Positions 38,921-52,000 of a stretch of DNA of 64,000 nt are shown one piece after another (position 1 is the stretch's first letter; each line of letters starts with the position of its first letter). The notes beneath the pieces were generated by a model, which worked only from the letters and a program-made list of their open reading frames with translations, ran no database searches and was not told where the DNA came from. The position numbers were made by a program, and so were the translations under genes. This DNA is from Lama guanicoe (Eukaryota), in NCBI GenBank assembly GCA_013239625.1, contig MU053557.1:1743063-1807062 (forward strand), written 5' to 3'.

Positions 38921-40009
38921 AAAAAAAAGAGACAAATGAACTTATATATAAAACAGAAACAAACTCACAGACATAGAAAACAAACTTATGGTTACCAGGG
39001 GGAAAGGGGTGGGAAGGGATAAACCGGGAGTTCGAGATTTGCAGATACTGACTGGTATATATAAAATAGATAAACAAGTTTATACTGTATAGCACAGGTA
39101 ACTATATTTGATAACTTGTAGTAGCTTATGGTGAAAAAGAATTATGAAAAGGAATATATGTATATTTATATATAACTAAAGAATTGTACTGTACACCAGA
39201 AATTGACACAACATTGTAAACTGACTATAATTCAATAAAAAAAATTAAAAAGTGAAAAAAATAAATAAAATACATTGGAATTCTTAGAACACACACACAC
39301 ACACAGAAAAGGAGAAATGAGAGAACCAGTGAGTCTATAAACACATTTATGTTCTGAGGGAAGTATCACGCACAAAGCAGCCATGGAACAAGAGCCATCA
39401 TCTGGTTGGAGAATCAGGAATCAGGGTGACAAATGTGTAGCATGCATGCCTCTTCTCCTAACCTGCCACATGACAGACATTACTAATTGATCAGTGTCCT
39501 TTTCTGTGGATCTCACAAGCAATCTCAGAAGCCTCTCCAATGCAGCACTTAAATAGCCACTATCCTCTCCTTCAGAGTTAGTACATGATGTGAAGTATAT
39601 TTGTTATTCCAAGTCACAATTAACAGAGTAACTGTAATAGCCCGTTTCCAAACAGTACTGTGAAGAGGCAGGTTTTCTTGGTACAGTTAAAGCAATTCGG
39701 ATTCTGAGGAAAGCTTCACAGAGGAGGAGCGACTTAAACTGACTGGGGGCGTTTGGGTAGAAATTAAAAGTGAAACAGAGTAAACGTGTTCACCTGCCCA
39801 CAGGATGGAATATTCAAGAGCCCAGGGCAATGAGCTAACAGGAAGATAAGCATTTTCTTTCAAGGCCTCCCATGCAGCAGGGTTCCTCCTGACTCTGGAA
39901 AGGCACTCCCCATCCTGGGTTGTACCTGCAGCCCCATGCACAGTACTTCACTGCATCTCCCACTCTGCAGCTTAGAGCAGGCTGAGACACCCCTGAAAGG
40001 CAGCATAGC

Positions 40010-40385
40010 ACACTGGTGACCCCCCAAACTTCAGTCTTTCACCAATCACCTGGACCATTTTTCCATATCCATGTGCCACATTATTACTCACTTAATATTT
40101 TATTTAAATCAACTCACTTTTTAATTTAAATAAATCCATTTTAAAATAGAAGAACAGTATTACTGCCACTGGAAAGGCACTCTGTCCTGCATTAATTTAA
40201 ATAAGAAATAACTACTTTTCTATTTTTTTTAATGGAGGTACTGGGGATTGAACCTAGGACCTCATATATGCTAAGCATGCACTCTACCACTGAGCTATTT
40301 CCCTCCCTTGAAATAAGTACTTTTAAAATGTATTTGTTCACAGGCCCCCTAAAATAATCTCATGTGCCTCTATTAACAGGTCTAT
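40010..40385. mobile_element. hAT-Charlie remnant (MER103-like) hosting the SINE
   Basis: ccccaaacttcagtc...catttttccatatccatgtgccac...tttatttaaatcaactcacttt...ctaaaataatctcatgtgcc. Confidence 0.5.
40220..40309 (-). mobile_element. Vic-1-type camelid SINE (tRNA-Ala derived)
   Basis: Reverse complement GGGAGGGAAATAGCTCAGTGGTAGAGTGCATGCTTAGCATATATGAGGTCCTAGGTTCAATCCCCAGTACCTCC plus A-tail: A box, B box and AGC loop; TSD gaaataa(c/g)tactttt at 40205-40219 and 40310-40324. Confidence 0.9.
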
Positions 40386-40394
40386 GTATGACAC

Positions 40395-40610
40395 CGGCTT
40401 TAGTGGTTAAGAGGATGTGCTTTGGAGTAAGGTGGACCAGACTCCTAACCCCAGCTCCATCACTTCTTGGCTGGGAGGCTTTGGCAAGTTACTAGATTCT
40501 CTAAATGTCCTCATCTGTAATATAGGTAAGTAACAGAACCCAAAGCATAGTGTTATTCTGAGGATTCATTAAGGGAGTGCCTACAAAGTGCTCAGTAGAA
40601 TGCCTAGTAC
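40395..40610 (+). mobile_element. MIR SINE
   Basis: tagtggttaagagg...cccagctccatcacttcttggctgggaggctttggcaagttac...tcctcatctgtaa. Confidence 0.75.
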
Positions 40611-42149
40611 CCATCATTTCTGGGTACTTATAAGTCATTTCATTTCATCCTGGTTGAGGTAGCTGTTCTGGCTCAAGCCATTTTCTCTACCAAGGTATCA
40701 GAGTAGAGTGAAAACAGCAGATGTGTGATTAAATCCAGGCTCCATCACTTCAAGGCGAGTAGCCTCGGTAAGTTACTCCTTTAAACTCTCAGTTACTTCA
40801 TTTGTAGAATTAAGGAAATAACGGTAAGTACCTCTCAGGGCTGAGGAATGCAAAGGAGAGCATACACACAAAGGGCTGGCACATTGTTCTTGCTTGAAAA
40901 ATGGTCATTCCTTTTACATATATTACATCGAGGTTTTCTTTGAATTTCTGAAAACACAGATATTGACAGGCTTTTGAAATCCCTAACTGTTCCTCTGCTT
41001 TAGATCCACTTTTCTTTTTTAAAAAAACGCTAGATTTCTCCCAAATAATTGTATATTCTCCTTTCCATATGAGCAGCAAGAACAAGATTGTACTAACAAG
41101 CAGAATGAGGGGAACCTTCAGAAGTTCAAACCTTTACATCCAAGACCCAGGTTCCTTCTTACGTGGCCTCTGGGTCTGTCCAAGTGAAGAATTTCTCTTT
41201 GATGAAAATGCAAACTTGATGTGACTGTAAAGATCCTTATCTGACAGATCTGGGGGAAACAGCTCCTCTCTGCTATCCAGGGGGAAGGCCACTGCTCTTA
41301 ACTGCACAGCCATTCAGCTTCCTGCTTTGTGAATCCACATCTCTGAGCTGGCAGAGGAACACACCCACCACTGCCCGACAGTGTCCTTTCTCCAGCGAAT
41401 ACTGACTGTACCCTTTAACCCAATGGGCCTTGAGGTGCCTGTGGGAAACCTTTTTTGACGGGTGGATGGAGCAGCTCTGTGTCCATTTATTCCTTTGCCT
41501 TTCAGGTTAGCACTCCCTCTCCAGCAGTAACTCCAGAATGGCTTTGCTGAAGTGGACTCATGCTACTAGCAATGGTCCAGAGACCCATAACTCATTTCAC
41601 AGCGGCTGCCAAGGAGCTGTCAGATGGCGGTTCTTATGGCCACAGGTCAGATTTAAAGCCGTGATCTCAAGGAAACACACACGCTTCACATCCCATTAAA
41701 AGCAGCCTGAGCCAGGCAGTGGCCTCCACAGAATCCGTCAACTTTGTTTTGGTTGCTGGGCTAGAGCTATTGTTTGCACTGAGAAAAGGTGCAGCCTCCC
41801 TTGCAGGCTGCGAATTCACTCAAAATATTTTTCTTGCTGTTAAACACTCGGCCACTTACTTTCAGAAGCCAAAGAAGAGCTTTAGTTCTATGATACAATT
41901 TGAAGAACCTAAAGCAAGAGTCAACCCAAGAGAAATCTAGTCTCATCACAGTATTAATGTCGACTATTTACTGGATGGTCCAGAAGAGCATGTAGATTTC
42001 AAATTGAGTGGCAGTATCAAAAAATGATTGGAAACAGCTATCTGGAACATTGTACTAATAATAAGTTGGGAAGGGGGTGATCCATGAGCAATATCTGCTT
42101 TAGACGCAGGATTAGGACAAGACAGCTAATTATGCCATACGCTTACCGA

Positions 42150-42630
42150 TTTCAGTCTGAATATTTTCTTTCTTTCCTGAGCTCTTGTCATAAGTCTCCA
42201 AACCAGCTTTCCTGCCTGCAGGTCCCCACACTCCCATGCATACCCCATTCTTCACCACAGTCGGTAATCTAACAGGAACATCTGAGACATCCTTCGTCCT
42301 ATGGCTCACACTGTCCAGGGTCTTTCATACAGTGTGTAATGCCCTAAACAACCAAGCTCCAGCCTGTTTCTCCAGCTGCTTCATTCATCACTCCTCACCA
42401 TAATACTGTGCCCTGGTCACCCCAAATTTCTCACACTCCTTGAACTGCCCTTCCTCTTGGCACATGTTACTCTTTTTCTCTGAAAAAGGTTTCGCTTACC
42501 CTACTCCCCTTGTGGAAATTTACGCATCCTTCAAAGGTCGATTCAAATGTCACTCCTTAGTCTGTCCATCCAGGATACCCCAAGACCTTTTGTTCATGAC
42601 TATGATAGCACTTTTTATATCACAGTCTTA
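42150..42630 (+). mobile_element. L2 remnant
   Basis: ccattcttcaccacagtcggtaatct; catccttcaaaggtcgattcaaatgtcactcctt. Confidence 0.6.
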
Positions 42631-42635
42631 TTCAT

Positions 42636-43170
42636 GAGAACCCTTTCATTGCAAGTGATGGGAACCAATTCAAACTGGCTTAAGAAATGAGAAAAACACC
42701 AAATCAGTAACTTCAAAAAAGGAATATACCATTCCCTTATGTTAATGAAAAGTTTGGAAATAAAGAGTCTTCAGACATGACTGGATCAAGGCTTTCAATG
42801 ATGTCCTCATGGATGATTCCTGCACTGTGAGGCATTTTTCTTTGTGTTGACTTAATTCCAAGCACTTGGGGCTGCTCGAGCAGCAAGTCTACAGGGAGTT
42901 TTCTTCCTTAATAGTTCCCATAGAAAGCCCAGAACTGAGTCTTACTGGCCTGTCTTGGATCATCTACCAACTTCTGGACCAAGCATTGTGGTCAAGGGGA
43001 CAGAATTTGCTCACTTTCCAGGTCTGAGTCAGACTCTACCACTAAAGCAGGAGGGGAAACCAACTCCATTCAAACCACACAGACTGAAAGTGGGGGTGAT
43101 GGGGTTCATTAAAAGAAGATGGGGGAGGGGTTATTTCCAGAAATATGAAGCATCTGTTCCAGAAAGGAAA
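42636..43170 (-). mobile_element. Old MaLR LTR (MLT1K/L-like)
   Basis: tttcattgcaagtgatgggaaccaattcaaactggcttaag...cttcagacatgactggatcaagg. Confidence 0.65.
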
Positions 43171-44139
43171 AACATCACTACCACACACACAAGTAAGATG
43201 AGGAGTTTGGAGCATATGTATCTCTTTTCCCCACCAGACTGAGCCCCTTTCGCCTGTTTATGGTGCCCAGTGGCAGAGCCTTCAAGGACAGTACAAGGAC
43301 AAGCACTTTTCCTTAACTCTGAGTGTATGGGAGCTCCATTTCAGTCTCTTGGGAACGTGGTTATTAATTATCTGTGTTTGCTGAATATTTCCTCATTCTG
43401 TGAGGCAATTTATGAGTCCTGATGCAGCTTGCAGAGACAAGCACTTCTCGAGTCCTTGCTTGACAAGCACAGAAGGGAATTTATGTGAAGTGTTCTGTGA
43501 TATGCATTATGTTTACTTGCTAATGAAATTTATTCCAGTTTTTTGTGCTTATTTATAGCATACTGATTCAGAACTGATGCAGTCATTAAAAGATGGCTTA
43601 TATGTGACCAGTTAAAAATATTTAAAACCTCTTATTGTAACAACAAAAGATAAGGGAGTTAAAATGAGTGAGAAAAGAGAAACTTTTGTTAAGGGCAAGA
43701 GACAAAAATGGAAATGAGAAATCTCTAGTGAATACAAGTATATATGTATTGTCCCTGGACTTTTACTTGAAATCATATTTGATTTTAAAGTCTCAATAGG
43801 CGAAGAAAATCCCTGATGCCTCATGCGTAATCCCTGAAAAGTCTAAGAAACTTGTAAGAATATTAGCTTTAGGGTTTATACTTTTAGTGGGATGTTTTCT
43901 TCTGTAACTGCCCAAAGTGTCCCATTCTGTGCCTGATGTAGTGGGAAATACACTGGCTTTAGGGTATTAAATTCCCACATTCAAATTCCAGCCTGCCATA
44001 TTCTGGCTCTAGCATCGAGAAAAAACAAACATGCTCAAAAACATTTTTACATACATTACAAAACACACATGACATGGATTCCAAAGTAGAAATATGGCAA
44101 TTCGGATACATTTATCTAATGGCGAGAAGCACGTTTTTT

Positions 44140-44550
44140 TTATTTAACAAATGTGTCTTTATGCCAGGACTTATTCTGGGTACTTCATATATATTTACCC
44201 TTTTAATCCTCACAACCACCCTTTGACATAGGTAACTAATATGATTCCCATCATACAGGTGAGAAAACTGAGGCCTGAGGCAGTTAAGTAACCTGCCTAG
44301 GATTTCACAGTCAGTAAGCATTAGAATCATCAACTGGATACGGGCACCTGACCATGGACTGTCTTCTTACTACGCTACACTGCTTCTCTAGTAAAGTGGC
44401 TTTGGAGTGAGGCAGGCCTAGGTTCAAACTCCATCTCTACCACCCACTAACTAGTTACTTCATCTGTCTGATCCTAGATCTTCATCTGTTACATGAAGTT
44501 AATATCATATTAATATACTAGCACCATGCCTTGTACACAAATGTTAGTTT
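44140..44550. mobile_element. Two adjacent MIRs, head to head (minus then plus)
   Basis: cccatcatacaggtgagaaaactgaggcctgaggcagttaagtaacctgcc (minus); ggctttggagtgaggcaggcctaggttcaaactcc (plus). Confidence 0.75.
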
Positions 44551-45332
44551 TCTTCCTGCAGACACAACTATGCTAACTGGAGGCAAGGCCAAGAAGCTAA
44601 CCCCAGCCACTGAGTGGGAATGGCCTTAAGGAACATATTCAGAGGAAGTCTCAATTCTAGAAATCACCCAGTGAACACAGATAGAGAAAAAAAAAGGCAA
44701 GGACAGGGGTGGAAAAACAGTTTTTCAGGCTGGATGCTCAAAAACAAGTTTTGGCTTTGAATCATCCAATTCATCTTGGGAGTGTCAGCCTAGCTTGTGT
44801 AGCTCTGCCAGTGGTCCAGAAATCTTATCCGGATTTCAGGAAAGAAGAACTAGGCTACTGATCTGCACATTCAAGAAATATCCAAGTTGATTCAGTGTTC
44901 CCCTGCAACAGAGCCGGTGAATAAGTACTGTCAAAATGACTTCATGTGGTGGTTATCATACGTCTGAAACCCTCCAATAAAAGGCAGGGAGGCCACAGCC
45001 AGAGGAAAGATTTTTGGCTCCAGTACCCACGCAGCTGGTATTTTCTGATGACCTAAAAACAAGGTGGAATCGTCTGCACAACCAGTCTAACTGATAATAG
45101 TGAAATGGAGCATCAAGGAAGCAAAAAGAAAAAAAACCTATCTATGAAGTCTAGGGTACTTTTACATGCCCTGAAAAAATCCTAACAATCAAGATAAATC
45201 AGGATAGAAGAAAAAAAAAAGTATAGCTATTTATTTGCTTGCAGTTGGCTAGTATATGACCTGTAGACATGGGGCCATACTCATCCACCCAAATGTGGGA
45301 AAGGATTATTATTAATCTCCATAGCAACAACT

Positions 45333-45391
45333 TTTTGAACAATTATTTGAACAAAATAATTTGAACAATTATTTTGAACAACTGTTTGAAC
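45333..45391. repeat. Short tandem array, about 5 copies of tttgaac(aa), 12-14 bp period
   Basis: tttgaacaatta/tttgaacaaaataa/tttgaacaattat/tttgaacaactg/tttgaac. Confidence 0.85.
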
Positions 45392-45619
45392 TCTGGACGA
45401 GGCATATACAATGCACTAAATAATAAAATCTTCACAACTATACTTCAATGCAGCAAGTATAACTATTATCCACATTATAGATAGGGAAAGTAGCTTGAAG
45501 ACAGTAATTAGTGTTTCCAAGTTTACATTGCTCATTTATTGGTTTCAGTAATTTTTTATCTGCAGAGAGAAGAAACCTAAGCCTAGGTTTATACTTAACC
45601 CTAAGTCTAAGGGGCGAGA

Positions 45620-45783
45620 ACACTCTCTGGTCTCTCTTACATGGGCACTAATTCCATTCTTGAGGGCCCCACCTCATGACCTAGTCACCTCCCAGAGACC
45701 ATACCTCCCTAGTACCATCGTACTGGGGATGAGGTTTTAACATATGAATTTGGGGGGAGGACACAAACGTTCAGCCTCCAGCA
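45620..45783 (-). mobile_element. MLT1A-like LTR fragment
   Basis: gggcactaattccattcttgagggccccacctcatgacctagtcacctccc...aacatatgaatttggggggaggacacaaacgttcag. Confidence 0.8.
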
Positions 45784-46676
45784 GGCTGTAAGCTCCATGA
45801 AGACAAGGATGGATGCCATGCTTGCTGGTCTGTAGCCCTGGTTTCTAGCAAACTGCATGGCACATGGCAGGTGCTCAGGAAATACTGATTGAATTAAAGA
45901 AACAAATTAGAGAGGCCAAGAGTTCCACTCTGTCCTTTAACCTCTGATGTTCTGCTCAAGCAGATTCACACCTTGATCGACCACCACCTAACTCCCAACT
46001 TCTGCCTATTTCCTTCGGCTCCACAAATTCCATGGAGTTGGACTCGGCACTGTGTAATATATGGCCTGGTCTCACGGGCTAGGTCTAGAAAACAACTACA
46101 GTCTTCTCAAGTTTTTAAAATATACTGCAGATAATAAATAAGCCAACAAGTAAACAAATTCACAGTATGGTGTATGACCAAGAGCTCAAGTTCTGCAATG
46201 TGCAATAGTGAAATCTTCATATATTAAATGTGTACCTGGATTGGTCACATAACCTCTGTGATCATCAGTTCTTTCAGCGTAAGATGGGGATAATAATATT
46301 GATCTCATAACATATTTATAGATATTCAGTAAGTTAGTATATGTAAAACATTTAGCCCAGAAATGTAAACTATTATTAACAAAGCAAATTCTTCTCAGAA
46401 AAGTTGCCTCGATAAAAAGCCAAGCTCTAATAAAATGATGGGCTGATGATGGAAGGGGTTAAGAACTACTGCTGCAGGGATTCCAGGCAGTCAACGTAGC
46501 TAATGTGAATAATTCATACTACAAAGTGCGTCACTTTTTGAACTCAGTCTGTGTTGTGGCTCAGACTCCAGTGAAACTTTTAGGTCTAAGAGAGTAGTGA
46601 AACCAAGGTCAGTTCTTCTATGCTGCAGAACCCAATCAAAGATTAGATTCCTTTCACTAAAACAGTTGCTGTGTTA

Positions 46677-47102
46677 GTGAAATATATCAGAGAGAGAAAG
46701 ACAAATACCGCAGGATAGCACTCATATATGAGATCTAAAAAAGCCAAACTCCCAAAAACAGACTAGAATGGTGATTACCATGGGCTGGGTGATGAGGAAG
46801 TGAGGCGACGCTGACCAAAGGGTACAAACTTCCAGTTTTAAGATGAATGAGTTCTGGGGATCTAAGGTACAGCATAGTGATAATAGTTGATAATACTGTA
46901 TTCTATACATGAATGTTGCTAAGAGAGTAGATCTTAAATGTTCTCACCACACAAAAGAAATGGTAATTATGTTGCATGATGCAGGTGTTAGCTAATGCTA
47001 CGGTGATCATCATTTTGCAATATATGTGTATTAAATGAATACACTGTGCACCTTAAACTTATATGATGCTATACATCAATTACATCTCAATAAAGTTGGA
47101 GG
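46677..47102 (+). mobile_element. L1MA-like 3'UTR fragment
   Basis: gggtacaaacttccagttttaagatgaatgagttctggggatcta...caattacatctcaataaag; degenerate TSD aaaacagttgctgtgtta / aaaagctttgctgtatta. Confidence 0.85.
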
Positions 47103-48959
47103 AAAAGCTTTGCTGTATTAATTAACTCGCTCCATTCTGTTCTACTAAAACTTGGTATTATCCTGTCATTTAGTTTCAACAACAAAGGGCAGCTGTAAAT
47201 GGAAGAGTTCTGCAGGTCTTCTCTCTCATGTTAGCTTTGTATCACAAGAAAAGTCAAGAAGAATGTTTTCCAATGTTGGTAGCAGAGTCTATGACATGTG
47301 AGTCACTCACCAGCATCTCACACTCATGCAGACATTTCTAATCAGTCAGGGTGTTCTTTACCACTAAAGTTCATATTTGGTTTCTTAATCCTTCTCAACA
47401 CAGAGCTCCAGAAGCCACACCTCTCAGTCAGAGTTGATGTGTGAGGTGTAATCTATTCGCCATATTGGACTTAAGGAAATGTTACACCAGAGACCAGAAA
47501 TCAAGTTATCATCGTAAGAAACACCAGTGTAAACCTTGCGATGGTACCACCCATGAAGAGTAATCTTAGAATATCATTGCAAACAAAGAACTACAGGCCA
47601 GAAACAAAAAAATAATTTAAAAAAAGCTCAAGTTCTTTACTTGCATTCTTAAATACCAGAAGTGGGTTATAGTGAGCTCAGGGATAATTTATTTTAAATT
47701 TCACTTTTCTTTTCCCTCCATTTCCTTTATCTACGGCTTCTGCCATAGCTCACTTGTCAAACTCTTCAAAATGTTTGTCACCCAGCCTTGTAACAACCCT
47801 TCTCACACTTCTTGTCCTCCTCATTTCCTTCAGTTTGGACTCCCAAAATGTGAAAAGCTACTCTGGGATGACACAAAAGGGGACAGAACTGAAAAGGGTA
47901 AAATCAGCATCCTCTTCAACAGCGGGGAGACTGGGAATGTTCACACTTCAGAAATTTTTGGATAGATCTAACCTATGATTTCGGGCCATTACTTCACCCT
48001 TCCACCCATTATCAGTGCTAGAGTTCACAAAAAAGATCCCAACAAGCCAAAGCTAAGAGCAGCTTTGGCATATGGAAGGTTTTTTTGAAACTAATGTGCA
48101 GAATTCCCTACAGAGTCTGTAAGAGAAAAATAAACAAAAACTAGCCACTTCAAATGACGAGAGCTTATTTTTGCCAGTATGGCTTCTTCTGTCTCTTCTT
48201 TCTTCATGTAATAGAAAATGTGGACGAAAAAAAGAGGTTGCTTAAGAGTCAGCCCTGATTTCATTCATTAAAGGCAGCAAAAATTCACACCAAGGAAAGA
48301 AAAAAAAATCCATTGGCTTTTACCTCATCTCAAAACAGAAAGGCTCTGAGCAATAAAAGATACAATAAAAACAAGAAAAGGGGCTCATAGAAACTATAGC
48401 TCACAGACAGTATTTCCCTTACTTTAAAGGAATCTTGGTCTCTCCACTGATATGCAAATTCTTTTCTCCAGCTTTGGGTCATTAAAATTTTCATACTGAC
48501 ATCCGGTTTTATTTGAATTCTAAAACTTTCTTGAAATATGTACCCTACACAACTTTGAACCCCAGGAGAATGCATCCTTCACCAGGGTCATTTCCCCAGT
48601 TCAGGACACCAAGCATCCTGATTCTCTGAGAGATGAGGAAGACTGAAGACTGGGGAACATGAAGTGCCAGAAAAGCTCATACAAAGTCAGAAATAAGTCT
48701 TCAGAGAGGAAAACATGTGAGTTCAGAAAAACAATGTGCAGAGATTCTGAAGTCCAACAGACATATTTGGAAAGACATATATTCAAATCAGCCACATGCC
48801 CAATAAATCTCTCCCCATCCAATGTTTTAGGGACTCAACACAAGACTCCAATGGCCAACTTCAGCACTTCTGAGGATGGCTCCAGGCAGCCCTTTATCTT
48901 CCATCCTGAACCAGCTTGCTGTTCTTAAGTATCTTAAGTTTCCACCCCACTATCTCATT

Positions 48960-48960
48960 C

Positions 48961-48993
<33 letters not shown>

Positions 48994-49007
48994 CGCGCGC
49001 ACACACA
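48960..49007. repeat. Compound microsatellite (AT)n(GT)n(GC)n(AC)n
   Basis: Uninterrupted purine-pyrimidine alternation. Confidence 0.95.
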
Positions 49008-49029
49008 GAGCATATAACGTAACAAATCT

Positions 49030-52000
49030 GAGATCAAACCTCTCAAGCACATCAGTAAATGTAAATGGGCTTAACACCCCTACAAAATATTTTCAGAACG
49101 GCTAACAAAGCATACCCAAATCAAAAAGATTAGGAAGGGCTAAAAGTAAAATGATGGACATAAAAGCAAAATCCTATTAGAAGACACAGTGGAAGGGAAA
49201 AGTTCATTTATAAGAACAATAATGATACAATTACCATAGTAATAATACTTCACCAAAATTCCCATGATAAGAAGTGCAGAATATTTCTGAATAACACAAA
49301 AGTGAAGTTGAACAAATAGAAAGTCTTTCCATATTCTTTCCTAGGAAGAGCCAACATCGTAAAGTTGTCAATCCTCCCAAAGTTAATTTTTGTACTTAAT
49401 GAGCTCAAATAAAATGCCATCAAGTTTTTACTTTCCTGGAGATAAAGTTGATTCTAAAGCTCATTTGGAAAAACTGTGGAAAAAAAAAAGGGAGGTGGGG
49501 TGGGGAGAATTATAAGAAACAGGAGAGGTGAGTTTGGTACAAAAATATTTTTTAAACCTTTAAATTTGTAAGTGTTTTACTGGTGCATGAATAGACAAAA
49601 AGACAAATGGAACAAATAAAAAAATCCAGAAATAGAACAAGTCACATAAGGAAATTTAGTGTGTAATAATTGAATTTATATAATTGAACTTTTTCATTAA
49701 TTCAAGTTCAGCATCTCATATGAGTTGGCAAAGAATGGATGTCTTAATAAGTGGTGCTGGAATAGTTATTGAGTCATATGGAAAAAGATAAAATTGGATG
49801 CATTCCTCACTCCATACATACACCAATATAAATTCCCAGTGGGTCAGAAAATTAAATATAAAAATAATACTATATAAGTAATAAAGCATGGATGAATTCC
49901 TCTAAACTTGGAAGTAAAAAACACTTTCTTACCATTCAAAATCCAGATGCAATAAAGGAAAAGTTTGATAAATTTGACCCCAAATTATTTAAAAATAAAA
50001 ACTTCTATCTAGCAAGAACTTCATAAATAAAAACACACAAAAAAATGGCAACCCAGAGAAAAACATTTACTACTTTTTGCAGGGATGAGTTAATATTTTA
50101 AAAATAGAGAATTAATAGATCAAATAAACTATAGAAAATGGGCAAGCGATATGAAGACAGTTTATACACAAAAAAGTGACTCAACCCCTATGAAAAGAAG
50201 CTCAATCTTTCTCTTAAGTATAGTCTTAATTTGCATTTCTTTTCTTATTACTCATGCAAAGTGACAAAAATCTGAAAGTTCAGCAATCTCCTCTTTGGGC
50301 ACAATTGGAAGAAATAAGCATTCTCTTACAAAGCTTGTGCAAAATGGAATGCGCCCACAAAGAAATTGGCAGTATCTAGCCGAATTCATCGGCCTTTACC
50401 CTTTGACTCAGCACTTCCAGGACTCCAATTCAATGGCAAAAATAGCAAAAGATGTACCCAGATGCATAATTTATTACCCTAACAGTCTGCAGACAAACCA
50501 AAGAGCTATCTATCAGGAACTGGCTCAGGAGTCGCAAACTACCTTTGATCAGATCTGCAGGCCTGTTTTTATACTGCCTTCAGGTTAAGAGTGGCTTTAT
50601 ACTTGTAAAGAGTTGGAAGGAGGGGTGGTGGGGTAGAGCTGGGACAAAAACATTTCTAGCTTATCCTTGTAGAAAACGTCTTGTTGAACACTGGACTGGA
50701 CCAGTGGACATGGCCCATCCACACTGTGAAGTACTGCACTAACACACAGAAGAGACAGGACTACAGATAAACTGCAACGGGCTGAAACACTCAAAATCTG
50801 CTTAAATACAGAAGTTCATAATGATCCTAAAGAAGTAAAAAGGAAACCAGAGCCCTGGTCAATTTTGGATCATGTTGTTATGGACTGTTTGGGTGCCTCC
50901 AAAATCCTTATGTTGAAGTTCTAACTCTCAGTGTTATTTTATTTGAAGACAGGGTCTTTGGGAGGTGATTAAGGTTAAATGAGGTCATCAAGGTGGGGCT
51001 CACAGAGGGCAGGATTAATGTCCTTATAAGAGACACTGGAGAGCTCAATCTGTCAGGCATCAAGGCCAGAAGGGGCCATCTGTAACCGAAGAGGAGAGTC
51101 TCACAAGAACTTGGACCCTGCTGGACCTTGATCTCAGACTTTTAGCCTCCAGAACTGTGAGAAAATAGATCTCTGTTGTTAAAACCACCCAGTTTATGGT
51201 GTTTTGTTATGGCAGCCTAAGTTGACTGAAACATGTCAAGGAACAAACTTATTTTGAAACTGGCAAATAAAAGGAAAGAAACAAGCAGTCAACCTTCTTT
51301 TCCTGAGTTACCAAATTATTTATTAGGAAATATCCTAACTAATAAATAAAGAAAGAATGATCAAATTAGAATATTACCATTCCTGCCATCCTTCATAAAA
51401 TAATGTCTCTAGGCAATGATCAGCAGTGGCTGCTACTGTAACAAAAAGAGGAACATGACATCATGTGCCTAATAAAAATAAACATCATCACTTATGAGAC
51501 AATCTTGAGAAAAAAATCAAACCTTCATCTTATTAAACTTTTAAATCTGGTTACTGATTTGTTGAAAATACATGGGACAGAAAAATGCTTTTAATGACAC
51601 GGCAGGAATAAAATCAGCAAAATTTGGACTGTGGGAAACTCTACCAAAAAAAGTGAAATTTTTCAATAGGTAAATTGCAAAGACAACAAGAAAGAGAGGG
51701 AACCTATAGACCAAAAGACACTTAAATGACCCACTTGTCAATTAAAATATATGGGCCTCAGCAGGATCCTAAGTCAAACCAATTGTGAAAAAGCTTTTCT
51801 GAGGCAAGTGAGAAATTTTAATATTGAGTAGCGTGTGACAAGATTAAGAAATCCTTCAGTTTTTAGTATGCTGATGGTTTTGAGGCTATGTTTTTTAAGG
51901 AGTCCTCATGTCTATAGATTGAAATATTTATGGCAGACATGATATCCCACCTTAGATTTACTCAAGACAATTTGGGAGTGGGGCAGCAGTGAGTCAGGGC

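Larger units (their letters stand above)
34421..39311 (+). mobile_element. L1 with complete 5'UTR, ORF1, internally deleted ORF2, 3'UTR and extended tail
   Basis: Starts gaagggccaagatggtggagtag; perfect 13-bp TSD gagaaatgagaga at 34408-34420 and 39312-39324; ORF1 and ORF2 peptides in ORFs 36517..36792, 37342..37767, 37789..38052 and 38358..38765. Confidence 0.97.

Noticed and set aside
40233..40307. Possible tRNA-Ala(AGC) gene
   Set aside because: It has an A-tail, a TSD and an imperfect acceptor stem, so it is a SINE rather than a functional tRNA.
45333..45391. CRISPR-like repeat array
   Set aside because: Eukaryotic DNA; the units are 12-14 bp with no unique spacers and no cas genes.
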